Origin: Patescibacteria group bacterium
Lineage (GTDB): Bacteria > Patescibacteriota > Patescibacteriia > Patescibacteriales > UBA12465
DNA length: 64,000 nucleotides
Assembly: GCA_041665845.1 (NCBI GenBank)
Contig: JBAYIC010000005.1
Location: forward strand, 6,047 to 70,046
Reading direction: 5' to 3'
Shown: positions 9,739 through 18,335 of the stretch, in pieces
How the letters are laid out: each line of letters begins with the position of its first letter
How positions within the stretch are numbered: the first letter of the stretch is position 1
Program-made: the position numbers and the translations under genes
The notes under the pieces: generated by a model
What the model was told of the DNA's origin: nothing
Databases searched by the model: none
Seen by the model: only the letters and a program-made list of their open reading frames with translations

Positions 9739-9780
9739 TATTATATACTTAATATTATATACTTAATATTATATACTTAA
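9739..9780. repeat. 3 perfect tandem copies of TATTATATACTTAA (14 bp)
   Basis: Copies at 9739-9752, 9753-9766 and 9767-9780 are identical. The minus-strand reading TTAAGTATATAATA carries TATAAT. The array lies 32-73 nt upstream of the XRE start. Confidence 0.9.
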
Positions 9781-9945
9781 ATATTTACTATAGCAAGTTT
9801 ACCAATTTGTAAGTTAAGAGGGAACTAATATCCCCTTTAAATATCAGTATACCTGATTTTTAAAAGAAATCAATCCTATCGTCGTTATTTCTAAGCATCA
9901 TCAGCCAAAATTTATATATTTTATTAATTAGCTAGTTATTAACTT

Positions 9946-11640
9946 ATGAAAAAAAACATTAAAAATTCAATAATAACCTTAATAGCAGTTTCATCTGCAT
10001 TCCTTGCTTTCGGTTTTAACGGAGTAAACACAACCTTGGCCGCTAGTCCAACCACGGTAAACCTTGGTGCGGCTGGTAATTTTTCTATTTTAGCTAAAAC
10101 CGCCGTTACTACTACTGGAGCGACTTCAGTTACTGGAAATATCGGAGTAAGCCCAGCGGCCGCAGCTTCGATGACAGGGTTTGGTTTGGTTATGGATAGT
10201 TCTAATACATTTTCGACCTCAGCCCTAGTTGTTGGTAAGGTATATGCTTCTAACTATGCTTCTCCTACTCCAACTTCCATGACCACCGCTGTTAGCGCTA
10301 TGGAAGCGGCCTATACTGATGCGGCCGGAAGACCAGGACCAACAGCAACTGAGGTAGATAGTGGATTACTTAGTTCGACTACCCCGGCTTTTGTTGCTGG
10401 AATTTATAAATGGAGCACCGGTGTTTCCATAACCGATAGTATTACTCTTTCTGGTAGTGCTAGTGATGTTTGGATATTCCAAATAGCTGGAGATTTAAGC
10501 TTAGCCGCTAAGGGAAGTGTAGCTTCTGGTACTAAAATATTACTTAGTGGCGGCGCTAAAGCAGCTAACGTTTTTTGGCAAGTAGGTGGGGGAACCGGTG
10601 CAACTTTAGGAACCTACTCAACTTTTAATGGTAATATATTGAGTCTTAAGCAAATTATTATGGAAACCGGCTCGGTGTTTAATGGCCGTGCGCTCGCTCA
10701 AACCCAAGTTACCCTTGATGCTAATACTATTTCTTCAACTCCAGCAACCCTTCGTGTGATAAAAGTTGTTGTAAATACTCACGATGGCGCCTTAACTCCT
10801 ACAGACTTTAGTTTGCATGTTAAAAACGCCGGGGTTGATGTGGTTAGTAGTCCAGCAGTCGGAACTTCTACCCCTGGAACTGCTTATACTCTCGCCGCTG
10901 GAACATATGTTGTAAGCGAAGATGCTAATTCTTCTTATTCGCAAGTTATTAGTGGAGATTGTGATACAGACGGTAGTATAATCTTAGCTGAAAGCAATAA
11001 CAAAACCTGTACAATAACTAATACTTACATATACACGCCACCAACAAGTAATAGTGGCGGACAATCACCAATTACTGGAGTAATCGGTGTTACAAAAACT
11101 CCAAGCCCCCTTGCTTTAACAGCGGGACCAGGATTAGTTACTTACAATTACACTGTTTGGAACGTTGGGAAACAAAGAGCCCTAGCTAATATCACTGTAA
11201 CTGATGATAAATGCGGCCCGGTAACTTTTGTTTCTGGTGACTTAGATCAAAATTACAAAATTGAAGCCGATGAAATTTGGAAATACAGTTGTACTACAAG
11301 ACTTTTAAATACAACTACCAATACTGTTACGGCTACCGGTAAAAGTGATGATTCCTATCAACAAACTACTACTGCAACCGCGGTTGCTAGAGTTATAGTT
11401 TCAAATACAACAACTCCAACCCCAACTTCAACTCCGGTAGTAATTTTGACAACTCCAACCCCAACTTCAACAACTGCGATTGTTCCCGTTGCTACTACCA
11501 CTTCTATTCCTAAATTACCAAATACTGGTGTTAGCACCGACAAGAATACGCCCTGGAGTATTGCAGCTTTAGCCGGTATTTTAACTATCGCTTCACTTTT
11601 CTTAGTCCTAAGAAAACGAACAGTTAAAACTAAACAATAA
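9946..11640 (+). CDS. LPXTG-anchored surface protein with ice-binding-like (DUF3494) N-terminal domain
   Basis: 564 aa. Signal peptide, then NLGAAGNFSILAKTAVTTTGATSVTGNIGVSP (DUF3494-type beta-solenoid start). Two Ig/prealbumin-like domains and a TPTPTST linker follow. C-terminus is LPNTG plus a hydrophobic helix plus RKR. Confidence 0.8.
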   Translation: MKKNIKNSIITLIAVSSAFLAFGFNGVNTTLAASPTTVNLGAAGNFSILAKTAVTTTGATSVTGNIGVSPAAAASMTGFGLVMDSSNTFSTSALVVGKVYASNYASPTPTSMTTAVSAMEAAYTDAAGRPGPTATEVDSGLLSSTTPAFVAGIYKWSTGVSITDSITLSGSASDVWIFQIAGDLSLAAKGSVASGTKILLSGGAKAANVFWQVGGGTGATLGTYSTFNGNILSLKQIIMETGSVFNGRALAQTQVTLDANTISSTPATLRVIKVVVNTHDGALTPTDFSLHVKNAGVDVVSSPAVGTSTPGTAYTLAAGTYVVSEDANSSYSQVISGDCDTDGSIILAESNNKTCTITNTYIYTPPTSNSGGQSPITGVIGVTKTPSPLALTAGPGLVTYNYTVWNVGKQRALANITVTDDKCGPVTFVSGDLDQNYKIEADEIWKYSCTTRLLNTTTNTVTATGKSDDSYQQTTTATAVARVIVSNTTTPTPTSTPVVILTTPTPTSTTAIVPVATTTSIPKLPNTGVSTDKNTPWSIAALAGILTIASLFLVLRKRTVKTKQ

Positions 11641-11674
11641 TTTGCTTGGTAAAGTATTAATTTTGAATGAAGTT

Positions 11675-11700
11675 AAGACCCCGCCAAGCCGGGGTCTTTA
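11675..11700 (+). terminator. intrinsic terminator after the surface protein gene
   Basis: AAGACCCCG-CCAAGC-CGGGGTCTT is a 9-bp GC-rich stem. The trailing T-run is short. Confidence 0.6.
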
Positions 11701-11721
11701 CGTTGCTAATATTTTAGGTCT

Positions 11722-12348
11722 ATGAATTTACAACCCCCATTAAAGCCAATCCGATTAGTTAATAATCTTATAGGTATTATTTTACCTTTAGTAATTATTT
11801 TTGTTTTATTAATTGGTTTACCAGTTTACAGCTTTAATAAACCAATCAAAATAATACCGAATAAAGTTCTACAGCCAAATATTAAGCAACAAGATATTAA
11901 AGCCGGAGTTCCAGTTCGTCTGAAAATTCCTAAAATTAAAGTTAGTATTGCCCTGGAAAATGTTGGCCTCACTAAAGAAGGCGCTGTTGGAACGCCCAAA
12001 GCGCCTCTTAAGGCCGCCTGGTTTAATCTTAGTAAACGTCCCGGAGATATCGGCAATGCAGTTATTACGGGACATTATGGACGTTTCAAGAATGGTAAAT
12101 TAGCTGTTTTCAATAATCTAAAAAAATTAAATCAAGGTGATGAATTATATGTTGAAGATGAAAATGGAAAAACTACCATTTTTATAGTACGGGAATTAAA
12201 AACATATAACTGGAACGAGAGGGTTCCTAGTATTTTTATTACTAATGACGGCAAATCTCATCTCAATCTAATTACTTGCACTGGAGCATGGGATAAAGCT
12301 TCTCAAACTTATTTAAAACGATTAGTAATTTTTGCTGACAAAAAATAG
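11722..12348 (+). CDS. sortase (class E/F-like cysteine transpeptidase)
   Basis: 208 aa. N-terminal TM, catalytic His (VITGHYG), Cys in LNLITCTG, Arg in YLKRLVIF. Immediately downstream of an LPNTG substrate. Confidence 0.85.
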   Translation: MNLQPPLKPIRLVNNLIGIILPLVIIFVLLIGLPVYSFNKPIKIIPNKVLQPNIKQQDIKAGVPVRLKIPKIKVSIALENVGLTKEGAVGTPKAPLKAAWFNLSKRPGDIGNAVITGHYGRFKNGKLAVFNNLKKLNQGDELYVEDENGKTTIFIVRELKTYNWNERVPSIFITNDGKSHLNLITCTGAWDKASQTYLKRLVIFADKK

Positions 12349-12411
12349 CCAATCTATGGTATAATATTAATCGAAGTCTAAAATACATTAGTTTTAGTGT
12401 TTTGTTTTTAT

Positions 12412-13161
12412 ATGCTTAAGAAAAGTTTGGTAGTTTGTTTAGTAATAGTTTCTGTTATTATTATTTATCTATGGCTAGTTAATTGGTCTATTTATTATCG
12501 TATTGGTTCTGCTGGGTTAAAAGCGATTGATATCCAAAATAGCTATATTTTTAATAAACAAACTACCGGTTCTTCTAGCCTAATTTATGTTGCTCTAGGC
12601 GATAGTCTAACGGCCGGCGCCGGTGCTTCAAGTTATAATGAATATTATCCTTATTTAATAGCGGAAAGATTAGCTGATACCGCTACTCAAGTCTCTTATT
12701 TTAATTATTCATATTTAGGTGCTAAAACAAGCGATTTAATTAATAATTTATTAACTCAAGCAATTGTTAAAAATCCCGATGTAGTAACAATCCTAATCGG
12801 GACTAACGACGTCTATGATAATATAAGTAAAACTGAATTTCAGCGTAATTACGAAATTATTATAACGGAAATAAAAACTAAAACTAAGGCTAAAATAAAT
12901 ATAATTAGTATCCCAAATATCGGCGTTAATTCTTTGTTTTTACCACCTTTTAATTATTATTATCAAGCGAGAACCGCTAATTTTAATAAAATTATAAAAG
13001 AATTAACTATAAAATATAATCTTAATTATATTGATTTAACAACACCAACCGCTCAATACACTTCTAAAATGAGCTCTTATTACTCAGCTGATGGATTTCA
13101 TCCCTCTAGCTTAGGCTATAAGTATTGGTCAAAGATAATTTATGACAATCTTAATAAATAA
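12412..13161 (+). CDS. SGNH/GDSL hydrolase family protein
   Basis: The track ORF starts at GTG 12397; ATG 12412 (MLKKSLVV..) is preferred. Block I GDSLTAG, block V DGFHPS. N-terminal TM anchor. Confidence 0.8.
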   Translation: MLKKSLVVCLVIVSVIIIYLWLVNWSIYYRIGSAGLKAIDIQNSYIFNKQTTGSSSLIYVALGDSLTAGAGASSYNEYYPYLIAERLADTATQVSYFNYSYLGAKTSDLINNLLTQAIVKNPDVVTILIGTNDVYDNISKTEFQRNYEIIITEIKTKTKAKINIISIPNIGVNSLFLPPFNYYYQARTANFNKIIKELTIKYNLNYIDLTTPTAQYTSKMSSYYSADGFHPSSLGYKYWSKIIYDNLNK

Positions 13162-14245
13162 CGCTTTTCAGGCAACGCAAATTTTCATAGTAATATTTGT
13201 TCTCGTTCTATTATTAACTATTCGTAAAAAACCAATTCTCGATGGCCTTTCTATTAATGTTACCCAAGAACTGAAAGGTTTTGCTATTCTCGCCATTATT
13301 TTTTCTCATATTGGTTACTTTTTGGTAAGCGATACCCGTTTTTTGTTTCCGCTTTCAATCGCCGCCGGAGTAGGGGTTAATCTATTTTTAATTTTATCTG
13401 GTTACGGGCTAACTATCAGCGCTCTTTCAAAGCCCTTATCAATTATTCAATTTTATAAACATCGTTTACTAAAAATTTATTTACCGTTTTGGATAATTTT
13501 TTTATTATTTTTAGGATTAGACTTCTTTATTTTAGGAAAAGTTTATAGCTTTGATTATATTTGGCAATCATTGCTAGGTTTTTTCCCAAGTGCTAATTCA
13601 TTCGATATTAACTCACCATTTTGGTATTTTACTTTTATAGTTGCTTATTATCTACTTTTTCCTGTAGTTTTTCTACGAAAAATACCTTGGCTATCGGCCA
13701 TTATTCTTTATTTAGCGGGATATTTTTTATTTTACCAAAATCCTCATTTTCTAAATGAAGTCATGCGCTTATATAAAGTCCATATTTTAGCCTTTCCGTT
13801 AGGAGTTTTGATTGGCAGCTTAGTTTTTAAATATAAAGGAAGTCTCGTTCAGGCTCGTTTTAACAATATTTGGCAAAGAGTTACTAAGTTAAAGCTATTA
13901 AATATAATAGGGTATTGCATCTTTCTGCTTTTTCTGTCAGGGTTAGTTGTCTATACGGCTTATTACTCTAATGTCGGCGGTACACGCTTAGCGGAAGAAT
14001 TAACTAGCATATTAACTTGTTTAGCCTTGATAGCACTATTCTCAATTAAAAAGATTGAAAATCGTTTATTTTATTGGTTCGGTATTTTTTCTTATGAAAT
14101 TTACTTGTTCCATTGGCCGATTTTATCACGTTTTGATATTTTCTATTTTTGGACGCCAGCCTGGTTAGCAACAATACTCTACTTGACATTCTTTATGGCG
14201 ATTGCCTGGACAATGAGATTTTTACTAAACAGAATAAAGTCATAG
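13142..14245 (+). CDS. acyltransferase family 3 (membrane O-acyltransferase)
   Basis: 367 aa, about 10 TM helices. ELKGFAILAIIFSHIGYF is typical of Acyl_transf_3. It overlaps the SGNH gene by 20 nt, a common AT3-SGNH pairing. Confidence 0.75.
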   Translation: MTILINNAFQATQIFIVIFVLVLLLTIRKKPILDGLSINVTQELKGFAILAIIFSHIGYFLVSDTRFLFPLSIAAGVGVNLFLILSGYGLTISALSKPLSIIQFYKHRLLKIYLPFWIIFLLFLGLDFFILGKVYSFDYIWQSLLGFFPSANSFDINSPFWYFTFIVAYYLLFPVVFLRKIPWLSAIILYLAGYFLFYQNPHFLNEVMRLYKVHILAFPLGVLIGSLVFKYKGSLVQARFNNIWQRVTKLKLLNIIGYCIFLLFLSGLVVYTAYYSNVGGTRLAEELTSILTCLALIALFSIKKIENRLFYWFGIFSYEIYLFHWPILSRFDIFYFWTPAWLATILYLTFFMAIAWTMRFLLNRIKS

Positions 14246-14283
14246 TTTATAACGAGCAAATACGATACGTAAAAAAATAATTT

Positions 14284-15909
14284 ATGAAAACATTTCAGGA
14301 ACTGGGTTTAAATTCTCATATCCAAAAAAGTCTAGAGGAGCTAGGTTATATTGAAGCAACTCCTATTCAAGAAGAGGCAATTCCGTTTGTTCTTGAAAAT
14401 GACCAAGATCTTATTGGCTTAGCCCAAACAGGAACCGGTAAAACGGCGGCTTTTGGTTTACCAATTTTAAATAAATTAAAGAAAAATAAAGAAGTCCAAG
14501 CGATTATCTTATGCCCAACTAGAGAATTATGTCTACAAATTAGCAAGGAAATAACTCATTTTGCTAAATATTCTCAGGGGGTAACCATTGCAACTGTTTA
14601 TGGCGGCGCCAGTGCGGAAATTCAAATCAGAGACATCCGCGCCGGTGCAAATATTGTTGTCGGTACGCCGGGTCGTGTTTATGATTTAATTCGCAAACGA
14701 GTTTTAAAGATGCATACTATTCGCTTCGTTGTGCTTGATGAAGCTGATGAAATGCTAGATCTCGGCTTTAAAGATGATTTAGACGCTATTTTAGAAGATA
14801 CTCCGGAAACCAAACAAACTATGCTTTTCTCAGCGACTATGTCAGCGACTATTTATGGAATCGCTAAGAAATTCATGAAAGACCCGAAAGAAATAAGTGT
14901 TGGGAAAAAGAATATCGGCGCCGATAAAGTTAATCATCAATATTATTTTGTTAGGCCTGGTCATAAATATGAAACTTTGCGCAGAATAGTTGACTCTGAA
15001 CCAGATATTTATGGTATTTTATTTTGTCGCACTAAACATGAAACACAAGAAATTGCTGATAAATTAAAGGAGGATCGTTATTCAACCGAAACCTTGCATG
15101 GTGATATTCCGCAAAATTCTCGTACTCAAATTATGGAAAGATTTCGTCAACGCCGCATTCAACTCTTAGTCGCAACTGATGTGGCGGCGCGCGGAATAGA
15201 TGTTAACGATTTAACTCACGTTATAAACTATAATTTACCGGAAGTTAATGAATTATATGTTCATCGCAGTGGTCGAACAGGAAGAGCACAAAAAAGTGGA
15301 ATTTCAATCTCTCTTTTATCTACTCGTGAAGCCTACAAGATTAGAGAACTCGAACAAAAAACCGGTAAAACTTTTGAATTAAAAAAAGTTCCGACCGGAC
15401 GAGAAATTTGTGAAAAACAATTAATCAGCTTGGTGGATAAAATGAAAAATATTAAAGTTGATCAGAAAGAGATTGCTCCTTTCTTGCCGGCCATTGAAGA
15501 AAATTTAAAAGATTTTTCCCGCCAAGAATTAATTACTCGTTTTGTTTCTGCGGAATTCAACCATTTCTTAGATATTTATAAAGATTCAAAAGACCTTGAC
15601 GTTGTAGCGCCTGATAATAGATTCAATAACGAAAGAGGCGGACGCCATGAACGCAAAGAGCGCCAACCAGAAGAGAATTTTATTAATGTAAGAATTAATA
15701 TTGGTCGGAATGATCGCCTTGATATTAAAGATTTGTTTGCGATGGTCAATAGTCAGCGCGAATTAAAAGGAGCGGAGATTGGAAAAATTAAAATGTCTGG
15801 AGATTTTACCATCTTTGGAATTGATAAAAATAAAGAAAAAGTTGTTGCTCGATGTTTTAAAGGTATTCGTTTTAGAGGGCGACCAGTCGAAGCGAGAATT
15901 GTTAATTAA
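14284..15909 (+). CDS. DEAD-box ATP-dependent RNA helicase (DeaD/CsdA-like with DbpA-type C-terminal RNA-binding domain)
   Basis: 541 aa. Q motif, AQTGTGKT, VLDEADEML, SAT, HRSGRTGR. Confidence 0.9.
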   Translation: MKTFQELGLNSHIQKSLEELGYIEATPIQEEAIPFVLENDQDLIGLAQTGTGKTAAFGLPILNKLKKNKEVQAIILCPTRELCLQISKEITHFAKYSQGVTIATVYGGASAEIQIRDIRAGANIVVGTPGRVYDLIRKRVLKMHTIRFVVLDEADEMLDLGFKDDLDAILEDTPETKQTMLFSATMSATIYGIAKKFMKDPKEISVGKKNIGADKVNHQYYFVRPGHKYETLRRIVDSEPDIYGILFCRTKHETQEIADKLKEDRYSTETLHGDIPQNSRTQIMERFRQRRIQLLVATDVAARGIDVNDLTHVINYNLPEVNELYVHRSGRTGRAQKSGISISLLSTREAYKIRELEQKTGKTFELKKVPTGREICEKQLISLVDKMKNIKVDQKEIAPFLPAIEENLKDFSRQELITRFVSAEFNHFLDIYKDSKDLDVVAPDNRFNNERGGRHERKERQPEENFINVRINIGRNDRLDIKDLFAMVNSQRELKGAEIGKIKMSGDFTIFGIDKNKEKVVARCFKGIRFRGRPVEARIVN

Positions 15910-15925
15910 ACTAGTAAAATAAATT

Positions 15926-16702
15926 ATGACTATCTCTGATTATCAAATAATTACTAGCTTACAAAACAATCAGATTAAATTGCTAGAAAAATTAAATTCT
16001 AAAAAATACCGACAAGAATCAAAAAAATTTGTAGTCGAGAATTTAGCGATTATTTTAGATGCTCTAAAAGATAAGCACGATTTTATTGCTTTATTTATTA
16101 CCGAAGACTTTGCCAATAAACATACTTTGGAGCTTGAATATCTACAAAATAATTCTCAAAATAAAAATTTCTATCTGATAGATCAAAAGTTGAACAAGCA
16201 TTATTCTAATTTAGATACTCCATCTGGGATTACTGCTATCTATAATACTAAAGTGCAAAAATTAGATAAAACATCCGTTGTTTATTTAAATGGTATTAGC
16301 GATCCCGGAAATATTGGTGCTATAATGCGCAGCGCGTTAGCATTCGGCTTTGTGAATCTAGTTCTAGGAAAAAATTGCGTTGATCTTTATAATCATAAAG
16401 TTATTAGCGCCGCTAAAGATACTATTTTTAAATTAAACATCATTGAGGATAAGGCCGGTGATTGGCTTAGAGACAATAAATTGGTTATTTATACCGCTGA
16501 TGCTCATCTAGGGGTTGATATAGCCAAATTTAAGCCCGCTAAGGCCTTCTGTTTAGTCTTGGGGAGTGAAAGTCATGGTATAAATTCGGAAATTTCTAAG
16601 TTAGCACACAAAAGCTTAAAAATCGAAATCTCTTCAAAAATAGAATCTTTAAATGTTGCGGCCGCGGCTGCTATTTTGTTTTATGAACTTAAAAATAAAT
16701 AA
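15926..16702 (+). CDS. TrmH/SpoU-family RNA 2'-O-methyltransferase
   Basis: 258 aa. SPOUT motifs (DPGNIGAIMRSA; LGSESHGI; LNVAAAAAILFYE). Confidence 0.8.
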   Translation: MTISDYQIITSLQNNQIKLLEKLNSKKYRQESKKFVVENLAIILDALKDKHDFIALFITEDFANKHTLELEYLQNNSQNKNFYLIDQKLNKHYSNLDTPSGITAIYNTKVQKLDKTSVVYLNGISDPGNIGAIMRSALAFGFVNLVLGKNCVDLYNHKVISAAKDTIFKLNIIEDKAGDWLRDNKLVIYTADAHLGVDIAKFKPAKAFCLVLGSESHGINSEISKLAHKSLKIEISSKIESLNVAAAAAILFYELKNK

Positions 16703-18293
16703 GGTAATCAGGATTGAAGAGGTTACTCTCGGTATAGATGATGAGGAAGGAATTTTAAAATCTAAAATAGCAAAGATTTTAGACTTGCCAGAACAAAAAA
16801 TTACCAGTTACCAAATTGTTAAAAAAAATATTGATTCTCGCCAAAAGAATATTCTTTTTGTTTATTCGCTTGATGTTCAAGTTGAAAATATTGAGGCGAT
16901 TAAGAAATGGGATATACGCCATCGGGTTAGAACCCATGAACCCTTTGTTTATCAAGAACTAACGATTATCAAAAAAATAAACAAAAAAATTGTTGTTGTT
17001 GGTAGCGGACCTTGCGGCTTATTCGCTTGCTTATTGCTCGCTAAGGCCGGTTTAAAGCCATTGCTAATCGAGCAAGGGAAAGATGTTGAAACGCGCATCC
17101 AAGATGTTAATAATTTTTTTAAGGAACGTAAGTTTAATCCAAAATCAAATATTCAATTTGGTGAAGGTGGAGCGGGAACTTTTTCTGATGGAAAATTGTA
17201 TACGTTAATTAACGACCCTCGTTCTAAATATGTATTTACTGAACTAATAAAAGCCGGGGCGCCGGAAGAAATCGCTATTAGTGCAACACCGCATATTGGA
17301 ACTGATAAATTACGCGCGGTTATAAAAAATATTAGAACTGAAATAATAAAATTAGGCGGGGAAGTGAGATTTGAAACCTGCTTAACGGATTTAGAAATAA
17401 AAACTGAAAGATTAAAAGCTATTATTTTAAATAAAAAAGAAAAAATCAAAGTTGATGAGCTTATTTTAGCCACCGGACATTCTGCCCGCGATACCTATCA
17501 AATGCTTTATGAAAGAAAATTAAAAATGAGCGCTAAAGCTTTCTCTATCGGACTAAGAATTGAGCATGAAGCAATAATGATAAATAAAGCTCAATATGGT
17601 AGTTCCTACAATCATCCAAAATTAAATACCGCTAGATATAAGTTAGTTCAACATTTAGATAATAAGCGGCCGGTCTATAGTTTTTGTATGTGTCCCGGTG
17701 GTTACGTTATGGGCGCAGCTTCTGAAGAAGGCAGAGTAGTAACTAACGGGATGAGCGAATATGCTCAAAATGGAATAAACTCAAATAGTGCTTTGTTAGT
17801 TCCGGTTACTCCGGCTGATTTTGAGTCTAATCATCCTTTAGCGGGAATAGAGTTTCAACGTAAATTTGAACGAGCAGCCTATCTCGCCGGCGGAAGTAAT
17901 TATTTTGCCCCCGCGCAATTATTAGGTGATTTTCTTAAAGGGCAGGCTTCAAAAGAAATAAAAAGTATTAAACCAAGTTATAAGCCTGGTATTAAATTAA
18001 CTACCCTAGATTCTTGTTTGCCGGATTATGTTATCAGTAGTTTAAAAGCAGCGATTCCTCTGTTTGAAAGGAAAATAAAAGGTTTTTCTAACCCGGAAGC
18101 GATCTTAACCGGAGTTGAGACTAGAAGTTCGGCACCGGTTCGTATTTTACGTAATGAAAATTGTGAATCAAATATCTTAGGTATTTATCCGGCCGGAGAA
18201 GGGGCCGGTTATGCTGGTGGAATTGTTTCTTCGGCAATTGATGGTTTAAATATCGCTGAAATAATAATAGAAAAATATAAAAAAAGAAGCTAG
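16683..18293 (+). CDS. FAD-dependent oxidoreductase (COG2509-type)
   Basis: ATG 16683 (MNLKINKV..) is preferred to the track start 16653, giving a shorter overlap. Rossmann motif VVVGSGPCGLFACLLLAKAG; C-terminal GEGAGYAGGI. Confidence 0.75.
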   Translation: MNLKINKVIRIEEVTLGIDDEEGILKSKIAKILDLPEQKITSYQIVKKNIDSRQKNILFVYSLDVQVENIEAIKKWDIRHRVRTHEPFVYQELTIIKKINKKIVVVGSGPCGLFACLLLAKAGLKPLLIEQGKDVETRIQDVNNFFKERKFNPKSNIQFGEGGAGTFSDGKLYTLINDPRSKYVFTELIKAGAPEEIAISATPHIGTDKLRAVIKNIRTEIIKLGGEVRFETCLTDLEIKTERLKAIILNKKEKIKVDELILATGHSARDTYQMLYERKLKMSAKAFSIGLRIEHEAIMINKAQYGSSYNHPKLNTARYKLVQHLDNKRPVYSFCMCPGGYVMGAASEEGRVVTNGMSEYAQNGINSNSALLVPVTPADFESNHPLAGIEFQRKFERAAYLAGGSNYFAPAQLLGDFLKGQASKEIKSIKPSYKPGIKLTTLDSCLPDYVISSLKAAIPLFERKIKGFSNPEAILTGVETRSSAPVRILRNENCESNILGIYPAGEGAGYAGGIVSSAIDGLNIAEIIIEKYKKRS

Positions 18294-18335
18294 GTTTATA
18301 GCTTCTTTTTTTGTATCTTCTTCTAATTATTAATC

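Noticed and set aside
9739-9780. CRISPR array
   Set aside because: There are only three contiguous 14-bp units with no spacers and no cas genes. This is a simple tandem repeat.
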